NCBI RefSeq assembly: GCF_037042905.1
Contig: NC_087246.1
Location: forward strand, 13,844,233-13,908,232
Reading direction: 5' to 3'
Length of the DNA: 64,000 bases
Source of the DNA: Lytechinus pictus
Lineage: Eukaryota
The position numbers and the translations under genes were made by a program. Position 1 is the first letter of the stretch. Each line of letters begins with the position of its first letter. Below, piece by piece: positions 36,102-49,103 of this stretch. The notes beneath the pieces were generated by a model. The model ran no database searches. It was not told the DNA's origin and saw only the letters and a program-made list of their open reading frames with translations.

Positions 36102-37549
36102 GTAAGTACTCTCCTCGTGGCCATCTATGCATGTACTAATAACCTTGTATCTTTGCTTTTGTATATGATTTCATTTTGATAAATGCAATAAAAATCTGTC
36201 TTCAGTAATTGTTTCAAGTCCTATCAAGGTCTAATCATTTTAAGACATGTAGACTATAAAATGTATGCATACATGTAAATGTTTTATCAAGTGCAGCCAA
36301 GGATCAATTCCACACTATCATTTATCCTATCATTAATTTGTCTTCCTTTTGAAGCTGATTTTATTTCTCCTCAAGTTTTAAAGTGATTTATAGAGAAGAT
36401 GCAATATGAATACTACATCGAACAGTACATGATTTAGGGTAGACCTATATTATGATTTTGAAGCAGTTTTTATTTCACCAACTGCTGTGTTTTTAATTTG
36501 CAAGATTGCGTTTTCTTCAAAGCCCCTGTTACATTTGTTTAATTTTCTACATGTTCTTTCTCTTTTGATGCAGTGTTCTTTCATTTTGCATATTAATCTT
36601 CTTTTTTTTGTGAGATAACAGGTTGATGTTGTGATTTATTGTTCCACTGTGTAATAAGATTGATTTATGGTACATCTCTTGTACATATCAACATCTCAGA
36701 ATTTTATTGACCTTTTAGCCATTATCTTTTCTCTGCATGTGTATGTTGAAGTTTTATCGTCCTAAGGCAAGTCATGAATGTTTTATGGTATTTTCTCAAA
36801 AATGTGTATTTGGACAGTGTTGCCTCTGCTGTGAAAAAGGAGTGTTTTGGTGGGATGATTTTTTTTTGAATATTTGTTTGTATGTTTGCTCTCTTGTGCA
36901 AAGTGGGGATCAGTCATCAGATAAATATTTTAGGATTTTTCATTGCTAAACAACATTAATGCTCCAGTCACATTTCCCCTACGGTGGCCATACAGTGAAT
37001 CAAAAACAGCTATTTTATTCATTTTTATTCAAACCACCTACTAGCATATGTAGCTGGTGAAAAAAATTGCCGTTATCGACTCACCGTATGGCCTCTGTAG
37101 AGCAATTGTGGCTGAGGTATTAGTCTTCTAAAAAAGACACTAGATTGATCAGTGGCTGAGAGCCGTTTCACGAGGAGTTGAGTTGACTCAAGGTCCTATT
37201 TGAGCTCCGATACACGTATCAGTACATGTGAGGTAACACACAACCACATTGATGAGATCATGCTCTCTTTGGGGTTTAAATCAAAATTACACATGACTTA
37301 AAATTACATTTGACCCCTTGTGAACCAACTCCATGTTCCCTTTGTACTTGTAATGGATGCAAGTACATGTACAAAACAAAGTATTATTTCGTAAAATAGC
37401 CTTATAAACGGACATACTGAAGCTTTTCAACATGCACTCATCGGATTATTAGTATTATTTGATATCTGATCCCCTTTAGGTGTGAATGATGTGATATGGT
37501 GGTAGGGCTGCATTGGTTATTAAATACTATGATGGTTTGATTCTAACAG

Positions 37550-37636
37550 ATAAGCTTGGGGTCTTCTTACGGGTCTTCTGAAGTTCTTTGCTCATCACGT
37601 ATCGACAATGAAAAATTGTCCAAACTTGAAAAGGAG
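37550..37636 (+). CDS. Candidate cassette exon (ISLGSSYGSSEVLCSSRIDNEKLSKLEKE), 87 nt, phase 0 in and out
   Basis: Acceptor ttctaacag|ATA and donor AAGGAG|gtatgc; open frame, length a multiple of 3. No other support. Confidence 0.35.
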
Positions 37637-38249
37637 GTATGCTCATGAATATGTATCAATCAGTCATCAATATTCATGACGATCCAACCATGTATAATAT
37701 TCGCAATATATTCTGAATTTCTAATCTATGGTTAACTTATGTGCATATATCATGGTGCTTCATACTTCATTCCTTCCTCCTTCAATAAGAATGCAAGCTG
37801 AGTTTGATTTGTGGCTGTTCTTGTGATAGGTGCCTTTAATAATAGTATCATTATATAATACCATTTCATTGACATTTACTAACCTTTAATACATTGCATT
37901 GTGTATATTCAAATGATCTTTATTGCTTGTTGCTTGTTGTAAAATACATTGACAGATCATCCAAGGGCTGGGACTGGGACCCCCAGGTCCTCCCCTTAGT
38001 GAATCCGCTAATGTTGCATACATGTACGGTATACAGTACGTGTGATTTGTAATACTTGACATGACATTCTGATAATGATGCTCATGCACAGTTCCTACCA
38101 ATCCTGTTAAATACTAACACTTGTTTAATTGTTCCTTTGCAGCTTTTATGAATATTAATTTATCAACCAATGAAATAACTATAAATTACTTTTTCCACTT
38201 CACTTTTATGTGTAGGTTATTAATTGATGTTTTTATTTAAAGAGTCTTT

Positions 38250-38662
38250 GGCCCGAATTCATAAAGGTGGTTTTTAAAACCATCGGTTGAACCCATGGTT
38301 TATGCAGATTTTCTGTTTAAATTACCTCTAATTAACCGCGTATATAAAAATTATCTAATGCTGATGCACGCTTTTGACACATTGTGCCAAATTGACAGAT
38401 GTTGCCATTTGTAAGTATGCTATTTTATTTATGAGTCCACTGTTTAAAGAGTGGACTCATTAATTCAAAACAGTGGACTCCTGAATAAAATAGCGTACTT
38501 AAACATGGCAATAGGCGTCAATTTGGTGCACTGTGTCAAAAGCGAGCATCAGCATTGGACATTTTTTAATAAGCGCGGTAATTAAGTTTAATTTATACAG
38601 GAATCTGCATAAACCATGAGTTCAACCGATGGTTTTCAAAACCACCTTTGTGAATTTGGGCC
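38250..38662. mobile_element. Foldback MITE with arms of about 190 bp and a very short loop
   Basis: 38250-38440 is the reverse complement of 38475-38662 (ggcccgaattcataaaggtggtttttaaaaccatcggttgaacccatggtttatgcagatt...). Confidence 0.8.
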
Positions 38663-39892
38663 TTAATGCTTTTGGCGGGTATTTTGTATACAAGTGTATG
38701 AGTAACTGCAATAAATTTCTGCATAAATCCCCCAAAATTATTTATATTTTTAATCGTAAATTTTTGTATTGCATTATATTTACTGATTGAATGTAGAATA
38801 CATGTCATTCCATTACTGCATTTTATCCTCTTGCTTATCTGTTACCAGCCCCCCCCCCCCCCCAGTTCCTTTAAACACCATGCCCAAATTACACTGCATG
38901 TATAGCAAACATTGGAATAATAGCAATTTTTAGCTTTAAAATAGAACCCAGGATTACAACAGCATGTAGTTGCATATGAACTATAAAAGTATTGATGCTG
39001 TGTTTTCATATTTTTTTTAAAGAAGATAAAAAGCAAGACTCCTTGGTACGGGATATTTTTAGGGGATCACTGTCAACTTCATTCATTCATCATTAATATA
39101 TTGGTCTTATTCTGCATGCACTTATTCATAGTACTACTTTTACAGGAAGACATGTTTATAAAAATCAGTTTTGAAAGATGTGAAGATTCATAAGATATAA
39201 TTTCTATATCAATCCATACTTGTCATGGGGGTGGGTTATGTTTAGTATTTATACATGTATCAAAAATCAGAAAAGACATTTAGTACTATTAAAAAGGGAT
39301 TCATCTTATTGGTAGTGTTTAGAAAAAAAAAGACTTTTCCCAATAGTTGTTGAAGTTTGACTTTGTGGCTCTCATGTACTCATTTTTTTTTACCTTGTTT
39401 CAGAAAGGTCAGCTAATTTTATATTGTGTGTTTGTTATCTTTCGTTTACTGTTATATCCATGCATAAATCAGTAAATCATTATTACTGCATAGTCTGTCA
39501 CATCTAATTCATTTGCAAGTTTGGATGATATAAATTTGGTTTATTTTCCTTGCTATTTCCACCTCCTACCCCTAAGCCAAGTGTATATCCTGTCTCAAAG
39601 TATATTATTTATCCAGCAGTAGTGCACTCAACATTGTTATTTCATTACATTTTCATAATCATGTAATGTTACATTAGTTCATTTTCCTTGCTCTTTCAAT
39701 CTCCTGTGCCCAAGTCCCTATCCAAATTTAGGCGTGTGCCATGACATCGGGGTATTGCCCCCAGCCAGGCAATCTTGCAACTGACTATTTGAGAAAACGA
39801 ACCCCTAAATTCCTGAAAGTTCGGGTTCAATTCATCCAACCCTATTGGCTTATAAAGAAGATAATCTTTATAAGATTATAAAGATCGTTGTG

Positions 39893-40090
39893 GAGCGTTG
39901 TGGCCCAGTGGATTAGTCTTCGGACTTTGAAACAGAGGGTCGTGGGTTCGAATCCCAGCCATGGCGTAATTTCCTTCAGCAAGAAACTGATCCACAGTGT
40001 GCTGCACTCAACCCAGGTGAGGTAAATGGGTACCGGTAGCACCTAACAAGGTGGATATGTGCGCAATATAAATACCCTATATTATTAGAA
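39893..40090 (+). mobile_element. tRNA-derived SINE. The head has an A-box-like tggcccagtgg and a B-box ggttcgaatcc; the body is unrelated to tRNA.
   Basis: Pol III box motifs occur at the right spacing, but no cloverleaf can be folded, so this is not a tRNA gene. The tail ends in an A/T-rich stretch. Confidence 0.5.
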
Positions 40091-40947
40091 CTTTCACAAA
40101 GTGTCTGGTATTAATTGGATCGGACCTTTTTAAGATATTTATGGGGTCCTTTTATCGAATGGTCGGGCTACGCGATTGCCCGGCTGGATGCAATAGCCCG
40201 ATGTGAGGGCATAGACCAAGTTTTTATCCTGTCACACATTTATATTCATATTCATCCTTCAATAATGCATCCAATAGGCCTGCTCATTACATTCTTTATA
40301 ATTTTGTAATATCTGTATAATTTGAAACATTGCTTGTTTCCTATGATAAAAAATAGATACTTTATGGAAGTGCATCGAGATATTCTGGACATTAATTTAT
40401 ACCGCAAATCCTTTTTTAAGGATTAATTGATTAAATTAGGACAACCCATACCGTATTCGTATTGGCTAATAATTACAATTTGGAATGTTAAATGAATAGC
40501 AAATATGGACTAATAATAGATAACAACAAAAAATATTATAAATTATAGATGGAAACAAATGCAAAATACTCATAATGTTTTCAGTCCTCATAATAATCAC
40601 CTTTCACTTAATCTTACAAAGTGAAAAAAATAGCAGTGTATTCAGTTGTGATACAATAAATGATGCATTGTTTATCAGGTGTTTTTCAGTTATATACGTG
40701 TAGTACTTTGATATGAATATTGATGTAAAGCACATGGATATACCATGCTTTAGTATTCAGTCAGAAACAAAATTAAAAAAAAAAAATCTTTTCCCATTCT
40801 TACTTTATGATCAAATGAATAGGATGAATAATGCTTAACATGCATATCAGGAGCTCTTATATAGCACTGTATGATATATACTTTAGCAGTCTCTGCTCAC
40901 TATATATTCTGTAGAAGTAATACTTTTATGATTATTATTGTTGATAG

Positions 40948-41061
40948 ATGGCCAGTATTGAGGAATCTTTAGTACCAGGTAAAGATACTTCAACACCAAG
41001 TGCAGCTCCAGCGTCAACCCAAGTCAAAGTAAAGGACATCAGTCCTATTCCAGAAATTCAT
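40948..41061 (+). CDS. Large gene exon 14 (MASIEESLVPGKDTSTPSAAPASTQVKVKDISPIPEIH). Alternatively this is the first coding exon of a separate downstream gene.
   Basis: Acceptor ttgatag|ATGGCC and donor ATTCAT|gtgagt; phase 0 in and out. It begins with ATG straight after the acceptor. Confidence 0.55.
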
Positions 41062-41385
41062 GTGAGTAGCAGCACAAAGATATTTTTCATGTTAAATATT
41101 CTTTTGAAATCTTGATATAATCTGTTTCCATATTTTGATAGTGACTGATGGTTTTGTTCCTTCTTGGCCTGATGAATGGCCACATATATACCTTGAATTG
41201 TATATCTGCCTTGTATATCTCTATATGGAACCACTAATTTACACTGATATCAATGGGGCAAAATTAGTATTCATACCAGCATGTCTTGTGCGCCATGATC
41301 TGATTCCTAACAAATTTTAAATAGGTTCTGGGTGTTTTTGATGATGCTCTACCAGACCATCATACATGTATCTAAAATGCTGAAA

Positions 41386-41560
41386 GAAATAACCCCCACC
41401 CCCCCCCCCAAAAAAAAAAATAATAATAATAATAATAATAATGATATTAATAACAAAAAAACAAAAAAATGAATGAATGAATGATTGAATAATATATAAA
41501 CAAATAGATAGATAGATAGAGAGATGAATAGATAGATAAATAAAAATAAAATACTGTGTG
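41386..41560. repeat. Compound simple repeat: C13, A11, (AAT)7, (GAAT)n, (AGAT)n
   Basis: Direct. Confidence 0.9.
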
Positions 41561-43312
41561 ACATCATCACTATAGTACTCTATTCTGATATTAAAAAAGA
41601 AATCATTACTGAACATCATGAACATGCACATTCTTCCAATGTGCATTGCATGCTGTAATTGGCAATGATGGAGTGTCTTACAGGAAATACCAATGTGTCT
41701 GCCTACTCCTTTGCTTTCATCCCCTTCTCTAACCTGATTGGTCATCACAACTCTCTAATGCCCTTTTTGTCTCCTTGTTTCTAGTGTTGCTGTTGCATGT
41801 CTATGGTCTATATTATGTTTGTTCCACTAGGATCGAAAGCTTAGGCCCCTTTTGACTCTCTAATTTACTCCATTGGTTCTCTTTTATTAGATAAGCAGTT
41901 TTCAGCAGCTTTTTTCTGTCATTGAAATACCAACCAAATAGTAGATTTCCATCCTGCCTTGATTTGAAATGTACTCTCTTAGTATGTAGTAATCTACTTG
42001 GGCATGTGGCACCTGCTTTGCATTTTTAAGATGTTAAATTCATAAAATGATTGACATGTAGAGATCTCCACCTTTCAAATATTTCTGTTGGTGGGGTTTT
42101 TTAATATGCTTCCCTTGAACTTGTATCAAAGTAAGTGAACTTTGTGTGATTTTGAAACTTTTATTCTTTCTAATGAGTAGCATAATAATAATTAGTAGTA
42201 GTTTGAGGATCTAGGTTTAAAATATTTCAAGGAAAAGAAAAAAAGCTAAAGATTCCAATTTTACTTCTAACCTCTTAATTATTGTTGCATGATTTACAAT
42301 AAAAAATGTACTTATTTTTTGCAAATTAATTCATTGTGATAAATTGAATATACATTATACATGATCAGTGTTAGGTCCAGCGGAGATAGGAACGGGGGGG
42401 GGGGCACCCTTCTACAACACACAAGTCTGATGACTTTTTTATTTTTTCTTGTTTGCTTGTAAGATTTTTTGTAAGGAATATGAGACATATATAGTAATTT
42501 TTGTAGTGATAACTTCTCTCTTTTGGGCATTAAAGGGATCGTTTAACTTTGTGAGCAGCTGATTTAAAAAATTCTCAAACTGAGACAAAACATGTGTATG
42601 AGTGCATGTATTTGTCCTCAAAAACCCTGAAACAAACCACAATATAGAATGAAAAACTCTAATTTAGATACAAGTAGCAATTTATTAGCTTGATTTTGAG
42701 AACCGTCTAGTAGACAGGTTAAGCTTATGACCAGTTTACTCCAATTCAAAAAGTCAGTTGTCTATTTTGACTGCCTTCTGTTGTGTGTATCTCCTATTTA
42801 CACACACACGCTATTAGCTGCACTGAACATTCAGTGTATACCTAGTACACACTGTATGTAGGCCATGCTGTGTTCATCTAGAGTTCGTGTGTTGTGGTGC
42901 ACAGGGTTCACTGTATACACATAGTCATTGAAACCAACTCCCAATTATTTTCAAACTTTGGTTTACATCTTTAATGTTTTAAAATTGATCCTGTGGATAT
43001 AATACTTTGAAACTTTTGGGATGGTATTTTTACACTATAAGCCTAATGTTAAGCCCATTTTCAAGAACCAAAATAAGAATTTTTTAAATCAGAACAAAGT
43101 GAAATGATCACTTTAATGATTTCATCTCTCTAAAAAAAATGCCAAACAAAATGAAACAATTTTCTGAATCTTCTCTTGTGCCATTCATTCATAAGTTCTT
43201 GGATCTGCTGCTGTACATGATCATAAATCTTTTTCCCCACTTTACTCCAAGTCTTTCTAATGTTTATAATTCAATTTATTATGTAATGTTAAATTTATCT
43301 TATACCCCTCAG

Positions 43313-43384
43313 ATAAATGATGTAGAAGAAGACAACTCCAGTGAGAAATATATTTATAGAGATCTAGAGGAAAAAAATAGACAG
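43313..43384 (+). CDS. Large gene exon 15 (INDVEEDNSSEKYIYRDLEEKNRQ)
   Basis: Acceptor cccctcag|ATA and donor GACAG|gtgagc; phase 0 in and out. Matches the tail of ORF 43139..43393. Confidence 0.6.
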
Positions 43385-44085
43385 GTGAGCTGACAGTTTT
43401 ATAAAAAAAAAAAATTTATTTGAACAATGTATACAGAGATGCCAGTCAGGCTTTTGCATGATTTCAGGCTCTGGCAACTTCCAGTTCAGGCTCTATTTTG
43501 TACTGAATATATGGGGGCTTTAACCAGTTTTTGCTTGTTTTCAGGACCAGTAAGTAAGCTGTCTGGCATCCTGATGAATAGAGGAGAGATGCTTACAGCA
43601 TGCTAACATAAAAAGCCTAATAATATTTTAGAGAAATGATGTTCTAAAATCAATTTGTGACAGTTTTAATTCTAGCCATGTACATAGACATAGGAAATTA
43701 TTTATATTCTTGACCATATTCTAGAGTATTAGAAATAGATACAGTGTAAATATTTTTTTATGGTTTAAACAGGAAAATTTAAGAAAAGACAATTTGTTAA
43801 AATGATTGATGATTTTCCAAATACCTATTCTTATACTAAGGTGGTTTGCCATAAGAAAGCAGCAACTTGGTTTTAAAACTTATGCATTATAAAAAGTGAA
43901 TATCCCTAAGCTCATACTTTAAACATATTGTGATCATATTTTCATATAAATTACAATGCAGAAATGTGGTTAGAATTTTTTAATCATAAAAAAGGATGTC
44001 ATTCCCATGTTAGGATCTTGTCTTTAGGACATATTTGTGCATTATATTAATGTATTGCCTTTTTATTTTCATGTTATGTTTACAG

Positions 44086-44197
44086 CTGACTACATTACAA
44101 GAGGCTCTAGCTGATCTCGGGAACTCCTACAATCAGATGAATGTAGACGCTAGATTACAAGCACTGGAACAAAGACTAACATCTTGTCCTGAAACAG
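44086..44197 (+). CDS. Large gene exon 16 (LTTLQEALADLGNSYNQMNVDARLQALEQRLTSCPET), coiled coil
   Basis: Acceptor tttacag|CTG and donor AACAG|gtaaga; phase 0 in, phase 1 out. Matches ORF 44035..44319. Confidence 0.65.
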
Positions 44198-45066
44198 GTA
44201 AGATTCCATTATCAACATTTATTGCCTTGTTAGTCAGAAATTTTTCTTTCAGGATGGTGATCATATTGCAGCTATTTCATGAGAAACCTGGGTCCCGTTT
44301 CATAAAGACAAGTTTGTAATATCACATGCACAATAGTTTACTTACTATCAGTCAATCAAATTGAATGATTTCAGTAGCTTTAAATTGTTATTCCAAATTT
44401 GTTATTGTAACAAGATTTATGAAACAGAACCCTTGATAAAATAATGATGAAATGCAACAAACATGTCAATCAGCTTTCATAGTTTCATTTCACTGATATA
44501 AGGGGTGAATTTTAATTTCAGTATTGTGAGAAAGGTACCATAAAAAGAATACTGAATGTTTATACTTTCACAGAATTTATTAGTCTGAATTGTGCTATGT
44601 TGTCAATAGTTTAATTGGTACACTGGAATGGGAACTAATAAATTTTATACTTATATTTTTTTACAATGTACTTTTATATGAAAAGTGTTTGTAGTTGTGT
44701 GTAGAGGTAAGCAACCAGGGGACCAATAGCTTTAGGTCCTCTTAGAGGATTATGAGGATAAAAGCCTTAATAAAGCACTAGTACATGAGCTGTGTATGCT
44801 TTTTATGTTGTATTACCTTTAAATGATGATAGAAATTAGAATTTTTGGAGTGCATTATATAAATAGTGGGAAGTCGGTTATGTAATAGAGTAGATTATGT
44901 GTATAGTAAACACTTAATTATCTTGTGTATAGTTTTTTTTTCTGAGAGAGCAATATGAAGAAGAGACGATGAAATAAAAAGAAACATAGCTACAAAAAGA
45001 AAAAAAATGAAAAATGAAACCAGAAAACTGTATTACATGTTGTCTCTTCCTTTTTTCCTCCCCAAG

Positions 45067-45199
45067 AATCCCTACCAGAGAGGCTTCTTGAGTTATTAGC
45101 AGAACTGGAAGCAGCTAGTCAAGAAATGGACGACAGACAGAGAGACCTTGATGAGATCAAACAAAGCGTTGAGGAGTTAGGAGCAAGCATGGATGACAG
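45067..45199 (+). CDS. Large gene exon 17 (ESLPERLLELLAELEAASQEMDDRQRDLDEIKQSVEELGASMDD), coiled coil
   Basis: Acceptor cctccccaag|AA and donor GACAG|gtatat; phase 1 in, phase 2 out. Confidence 0.65.
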
Positions 45200-45757
45200 G
45201 TATATTAGCATACAATAATAGATCTCAATCTAAGTTTAAGTAGTTTAACACAATCACATTGTTAAATTACTCCTACACAATTCTTGTATATATTGCATAT
45301 TTACACCCAAAAAATTGTGCCTCGAAATTGTTTTGAACAGTTTGCAAGATAAAATTCTTTATATATTTATAAATTATACTTTAAAAAACATTATGTTGCC
45401 TGCAATCTATCAATTCTGGGGCTGAGAAGGAGATTTGTTACACCTCTGAAATTCTTATAACATGTGAAATTATGAATTAGCATGCTACCCAAACTGCCAT
45501 GAAACTTCGAGATGTTTAAAATGTGAAGGAATATGCACTTTCTGGTATTTGGGAGCAAATGTGGTAGCCCATGTTGCGGAATATTCAACTCTTCACCCTT
45601 ATGCGGAGTAAAGCTAATTCCCCCCTAATCAGAAGATTCTACATCATGGATGAGAAATAAAAAGCTTCCTATATAACAGTTAAACATGAATCCATGCATG
45701 AAGAAATGCCCATGAACATAATGTCACAGTTGTTCTCAATGTTTATTTTTTCTACAG

Positions 45758-45881
45758 CACATCATCAATGTATGAAGTGACTCTAGCCGAGGTAGCTCTC
45801 CTAAAGGCACAGTATGATCACAGTACACTCCTAGCTAACATGGAGATTGCTATTGCTGACTACCAACTTCAAGCTGCAAAG
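45758..45881 (+). CDS. Large gene exon 18 (STSSMYEVTLAEVALLKAQYDHSTLLANMEIAIADYQLQAAK)
   Basis: Acceptor ttctacag|C and donor GCAAAG|gtaatt; phase 2 in, phase 0 out. Confidence 0.65.
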
Positions 45882-46511
45882 GTAATTAAAAAATCCTGAT
45901 GAGCAATGTAAATTCTGAAGTGTATCTTATTGACAACTGCTGCATATTGAACTCTCCCATTTCCCGCTATCATTCATAATGTCAAATTTGATATTGTTTT
46001 ATTACTTTAAATACCTCTTTTGAAATTATGTGTAATGAAGAATATCTCTAATGCTCAGTCAATTTTACTTTCAAAAACAAATTCAAAAACAAATATTCAA
46101 GTTGTCATTATCGCCACTGAAATAAAAATAAATGCTGTAATACTCTACTTCAAAAGGAAAGAGAGTTATATCTTGTTTCTTTACCTTTCTTTTACTTTAT
46201 TTAAATAATTTTTTTTTTACATTTCCCGTACACTAATTAGTAAATTCTATTCATTTTGATTTTCTACATGTTTTATGTATTGGCTTTTATAGATGTGAAC
46301 TAGCTGGTACAGACCCAAGAAGACAGAGTTCAAGGAAATTGTTCTTCTTTCATAATAATCAAGGTTTCCACTTTTGTGTACCACTGCATGCATTATAAAT
46401 AAAGGAATGGCCAAGGACTTGAATATTTTTTTTTACAAGATTGAGTGCATTCACAAGGCAGATCAGTAGCAGCACTTTTTCTTCTTCTTTTTTTGTACTT
46501 TTGACTTTTAG

Positions 46512-46723
46512 ATCGAGGAAGCCAAGAAGAAGGCTGCCATTTCTCCCCGTGGTGCTCCCAACTTCTACAACACCTTGCCTCATAACCAGCAGTTTTCAGT
46601 GTTTGCTCTACATGCTAGTGCAAGCTCACAGGGTTTTCACTTTCAGGTGGCTGAACAAAACTCTCAGAGTGGAGTCTACATACAGAGCTGTCGCTCTGCA
46701 GATGTGCTGCGTGTTGGTGATAG
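46512..46723 (+). CDS. Large gene exon 19 (IEEAKKKAAISPRGAPNFYNTLPHNQQFSVFALHASASSQGFHFQVAEQNSQSGVYIQSCRSADVLRVGD), N-terminal half of the PDZ domain
   Basis: Acceptor ttttag|ATCGAGG and donor GATAG|gtgagt; 212 nt, phase 0 in, phase 2 out. A PDZ-like beta-strand pattern with QGFHF in place of the usual GLGF loop. Confidence 0.65.
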
Positions 46724-47223
46724 GTGAGTATACCACTTTCATAAAACTTGTTATTGATATGTCATAATGTCTCTGATATAAGCTACAGAAATAGTCCTAA
46801 TTTGTTGGCTGAAAATAGGGTGTTCATCGATAATAAGTTCTATGAAACAGCACTGTATTCATATTTGTAATATATTAGTATCGGACATTTTCTGTTGAGG
46901 TTGCCATTAATTTGTACATTTTATTAAAACTTCCTTCAAAATTATGTTTTTATAATTTTATATTAGATCCCCTTTAAAAATACAGATATGAAACTTATAT
47001 ATTACATTTATGTCAGTGTAAAAATGGATCAATGATCAAGACCTGTCTCATGAGAAAGATAAATATGATATGTGAGATAGTTGCCTGTATGATTGCCTGA
47101 ACATGTTTATATATAGTATGAAAAACCATCACTGAGACACAATGATATTGCTTTATTTACAGTAGAATGAGGATTGTTTTTCAGATAGCACTTTAATTTT
47201 ATCCTTGAAATCTTGTACAACAG

Positions 47224-47442
47224 AGTCGTAGAGGTCAATGGTCACAGCACGTTGGGGTCAAGTGTCTTAGAGGTCAACACCTTGTTGAACCGGTCCAAGA
47301 AAGCCCAGCTGGTATGCATGCGGGCTGGACGGGATCAGGTTAGCATGGAAGTGGACAGACTGACCAGACAACTAGCCACTGCTTCAGAACACTATGAGGC
47401 ATGCTGGCAGGAGAATAAGAGGTTAACAGATATAGTTCATAG
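47224..47442 (+). CDS. Large gene exon 20 (RVVEVNGHSTLGSSVLEVNTLLNRSKKAQLVCMRAGRDQVSMEVDRLTRQLATASEHYEACWQENKRLTDIVH), PDZ C-terminal half, then the start of the coiled coil
   Basis: Acceptor tacaacag|A and donor CATAG|gtaaga; phase 2 in, phase 2 out. Matches ORF 47213..47446. Confidence 0.7.
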
Positions 47443-47454
47443 GTAAGATAATAG

Positions 47455-47700
47455 AGAGGAGAAAGGAATAAGCAGCAGGATTTGATTGTGATAGATGAAG
47501 TGATGTTGGTGGCGGTGACGGTGGTACATATAGTAGTGACCATGGTAATGATGGTGAAGATGGAGAATGGTCATGATGAAGATGTTGCTGTTGATGCTTA
47601 TGGTAGTGGTGATAGGGCTTATGATGCCATTGATCATAATATTTGTGGTAGTGTGGTGGTGATGATTTTAATGGTGATGAGGAGGAGGAGGTGTTGGTGG
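47455..47700. repeat. Imperfect GTG/ATG-rich minisatellite (GGTGATGRT-like units) in an intron
   Basis: Direct; it produces the spurious ORFs 47437..47703. Confidence 0.7.
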
Positions 47701-47859
47701 TAGTTAAGTTTGCTTATTTTAGGGGAAGGAGTGGAGAGGATGGTGGTTATAATTATGTCTTCATGTTTGCTATGATTTTCTAAATCTTACCATAAAAGAA
47801 TACCATGTATACTGAACTCAAGCCATGAATAGTTGATTATCTGTTGCCTTCTTCTTTAG

Positions 47860-47932
47860 ATTGAGACCTCTAGAGCATCAGATCCTGGAACTTACTCAGC
47901 AGAAAGTCACAATGCAACAACTTCACCAAAAG
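47860..47932 (+). CDS. Large gene exon 21 (RLRPLEHQILELTQQKVTMQQLHQK), coiled coil
   Basis: Acceptor ttctttag|A and donor CAAAAG|gtaaca; phase 2 in, phase 0 out. Confidence 0.65.
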
Positions 47933-48257
47933 GTAACAATGTTTATAGTTCATATATAGAGTCATGATCAATGAATGCAGGCATCCAGTTGAAATATATG
48001 CAATGATATTCTCTGCTGTAAATTTTATTATTTTATATATTAGAATATTTTTTATGATATTGAAAGACCGGTTTCGTGGAATGAATGGAAGTGGTCTTCA
48101 ACCGCTCTCATGATTTAACTTAGGTTCAGTACAAGCCATTTTATATGAAATGTCTTTTTCAATACAGACTCCCAAATTTCAATTGCAATGTCATTCTATG
48201 ATTCCCCGAGTTTGGCTGCAATGTATCTCTTAATATCTGTTTTGAATTGTTGTATAG

Positions 48258-48380
48258 ATTGAGACATTAGAGTCTAGGAATCAGGAGCTATCAGAGGAGT
48301 TGCGTATGGCCCATGAAGGGAACATCAACCAATCAAATCATGCTATCAGTCGATTGCAGGGAGACAAGGAAAGATTAGAG
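48258..48380 (+). CDS. Large gene exon 22 (IETLESRNQELSEELRMAHEGNINQSNHAISRLQGDKERLE), coiled coil
   Basis: Acceptor tgtatag|ATT and donor TTAGAG|gtaagt; phase 0 in and out. Confidence 0.7.
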
Positions 48381-48884
48381 GTAAGTGTTTGTATTTTTGT
48401 TTATATCCTTGTGTCATTTCAGTTAGGATTGCTTGATTGTGATTTGGGCTATTACTTAAAATAATCAACTTTTTTTGTCCATACGACCTCCATTTTTCTT
48501 TATTCTTTATTTCATAGCCATTCAAGCCATGATAATTTGAGTATATTTGCAAACTTTCAAATGAACTAGAAAACTGAGAGAAATCATTTCAGCAAGGTCA
48601 TACATAGATGGGTCAGATTTACGCAAATTCCCAATCGTTAAAAGTGATGATAATCCTTCTTCTCCTCCCCCTCTTATATTGGTCTAACTGGAAAAGTATC
48701 TGTCCTTTGAATGCTAATCAGCAAATGGTGTTTTTTTGTAGGGGTCCATAAGATTCTCTTTGAGAATAAATCTTTGCCTTTAACCTTATGTGTGACTAAT
48801 TAATCATTTGATCTCATGACAGACTTGTCTTGGTCAATATAAGGAAAGCATAATAACCTGTTTAAATAAGAATGTAAAGTATTA

Positions 48885-49060
48885 AGGCCTCCGCACACCT
48901 TATGATTGGTCTGCGACCTGATTTTTGAATAAAACGTAGTCGAATTTGATGCTCATATTGAGACATGGATATCATACTGTGTAATGTTCTAAATCACTGT
49001 ACGAATACCTATGTTCAAATCTGGGACTATGCTTTGATCCTTATGTTAAGTTTACCTAAT
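48885..49060 (+). repeat. Dispersed repeat, copy 2 (3'-truncated), in another intron of the same gene
   Basis: Aligned with 33069-33210. Confidence 0.7.
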
Positions 49061-49103
49061 AAGTTTACCTAAACTTGTATACTTTTTTATTTAACTTATA
49101 CAG

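Noticed and set aside
39893-39965. Possible tRNA gene
   Set aside because: A-box and B-box motifs are present but no acceptable cloverleaf or anticodon stem can be drawn, and tRNA-unrelated sequence follows. I call it a SINE head instead.
47437-47703. His-rich and Val-rich ORFs on both strands
   Set aside because: They are generated by the GTG/ATG minisatellite in the intron.
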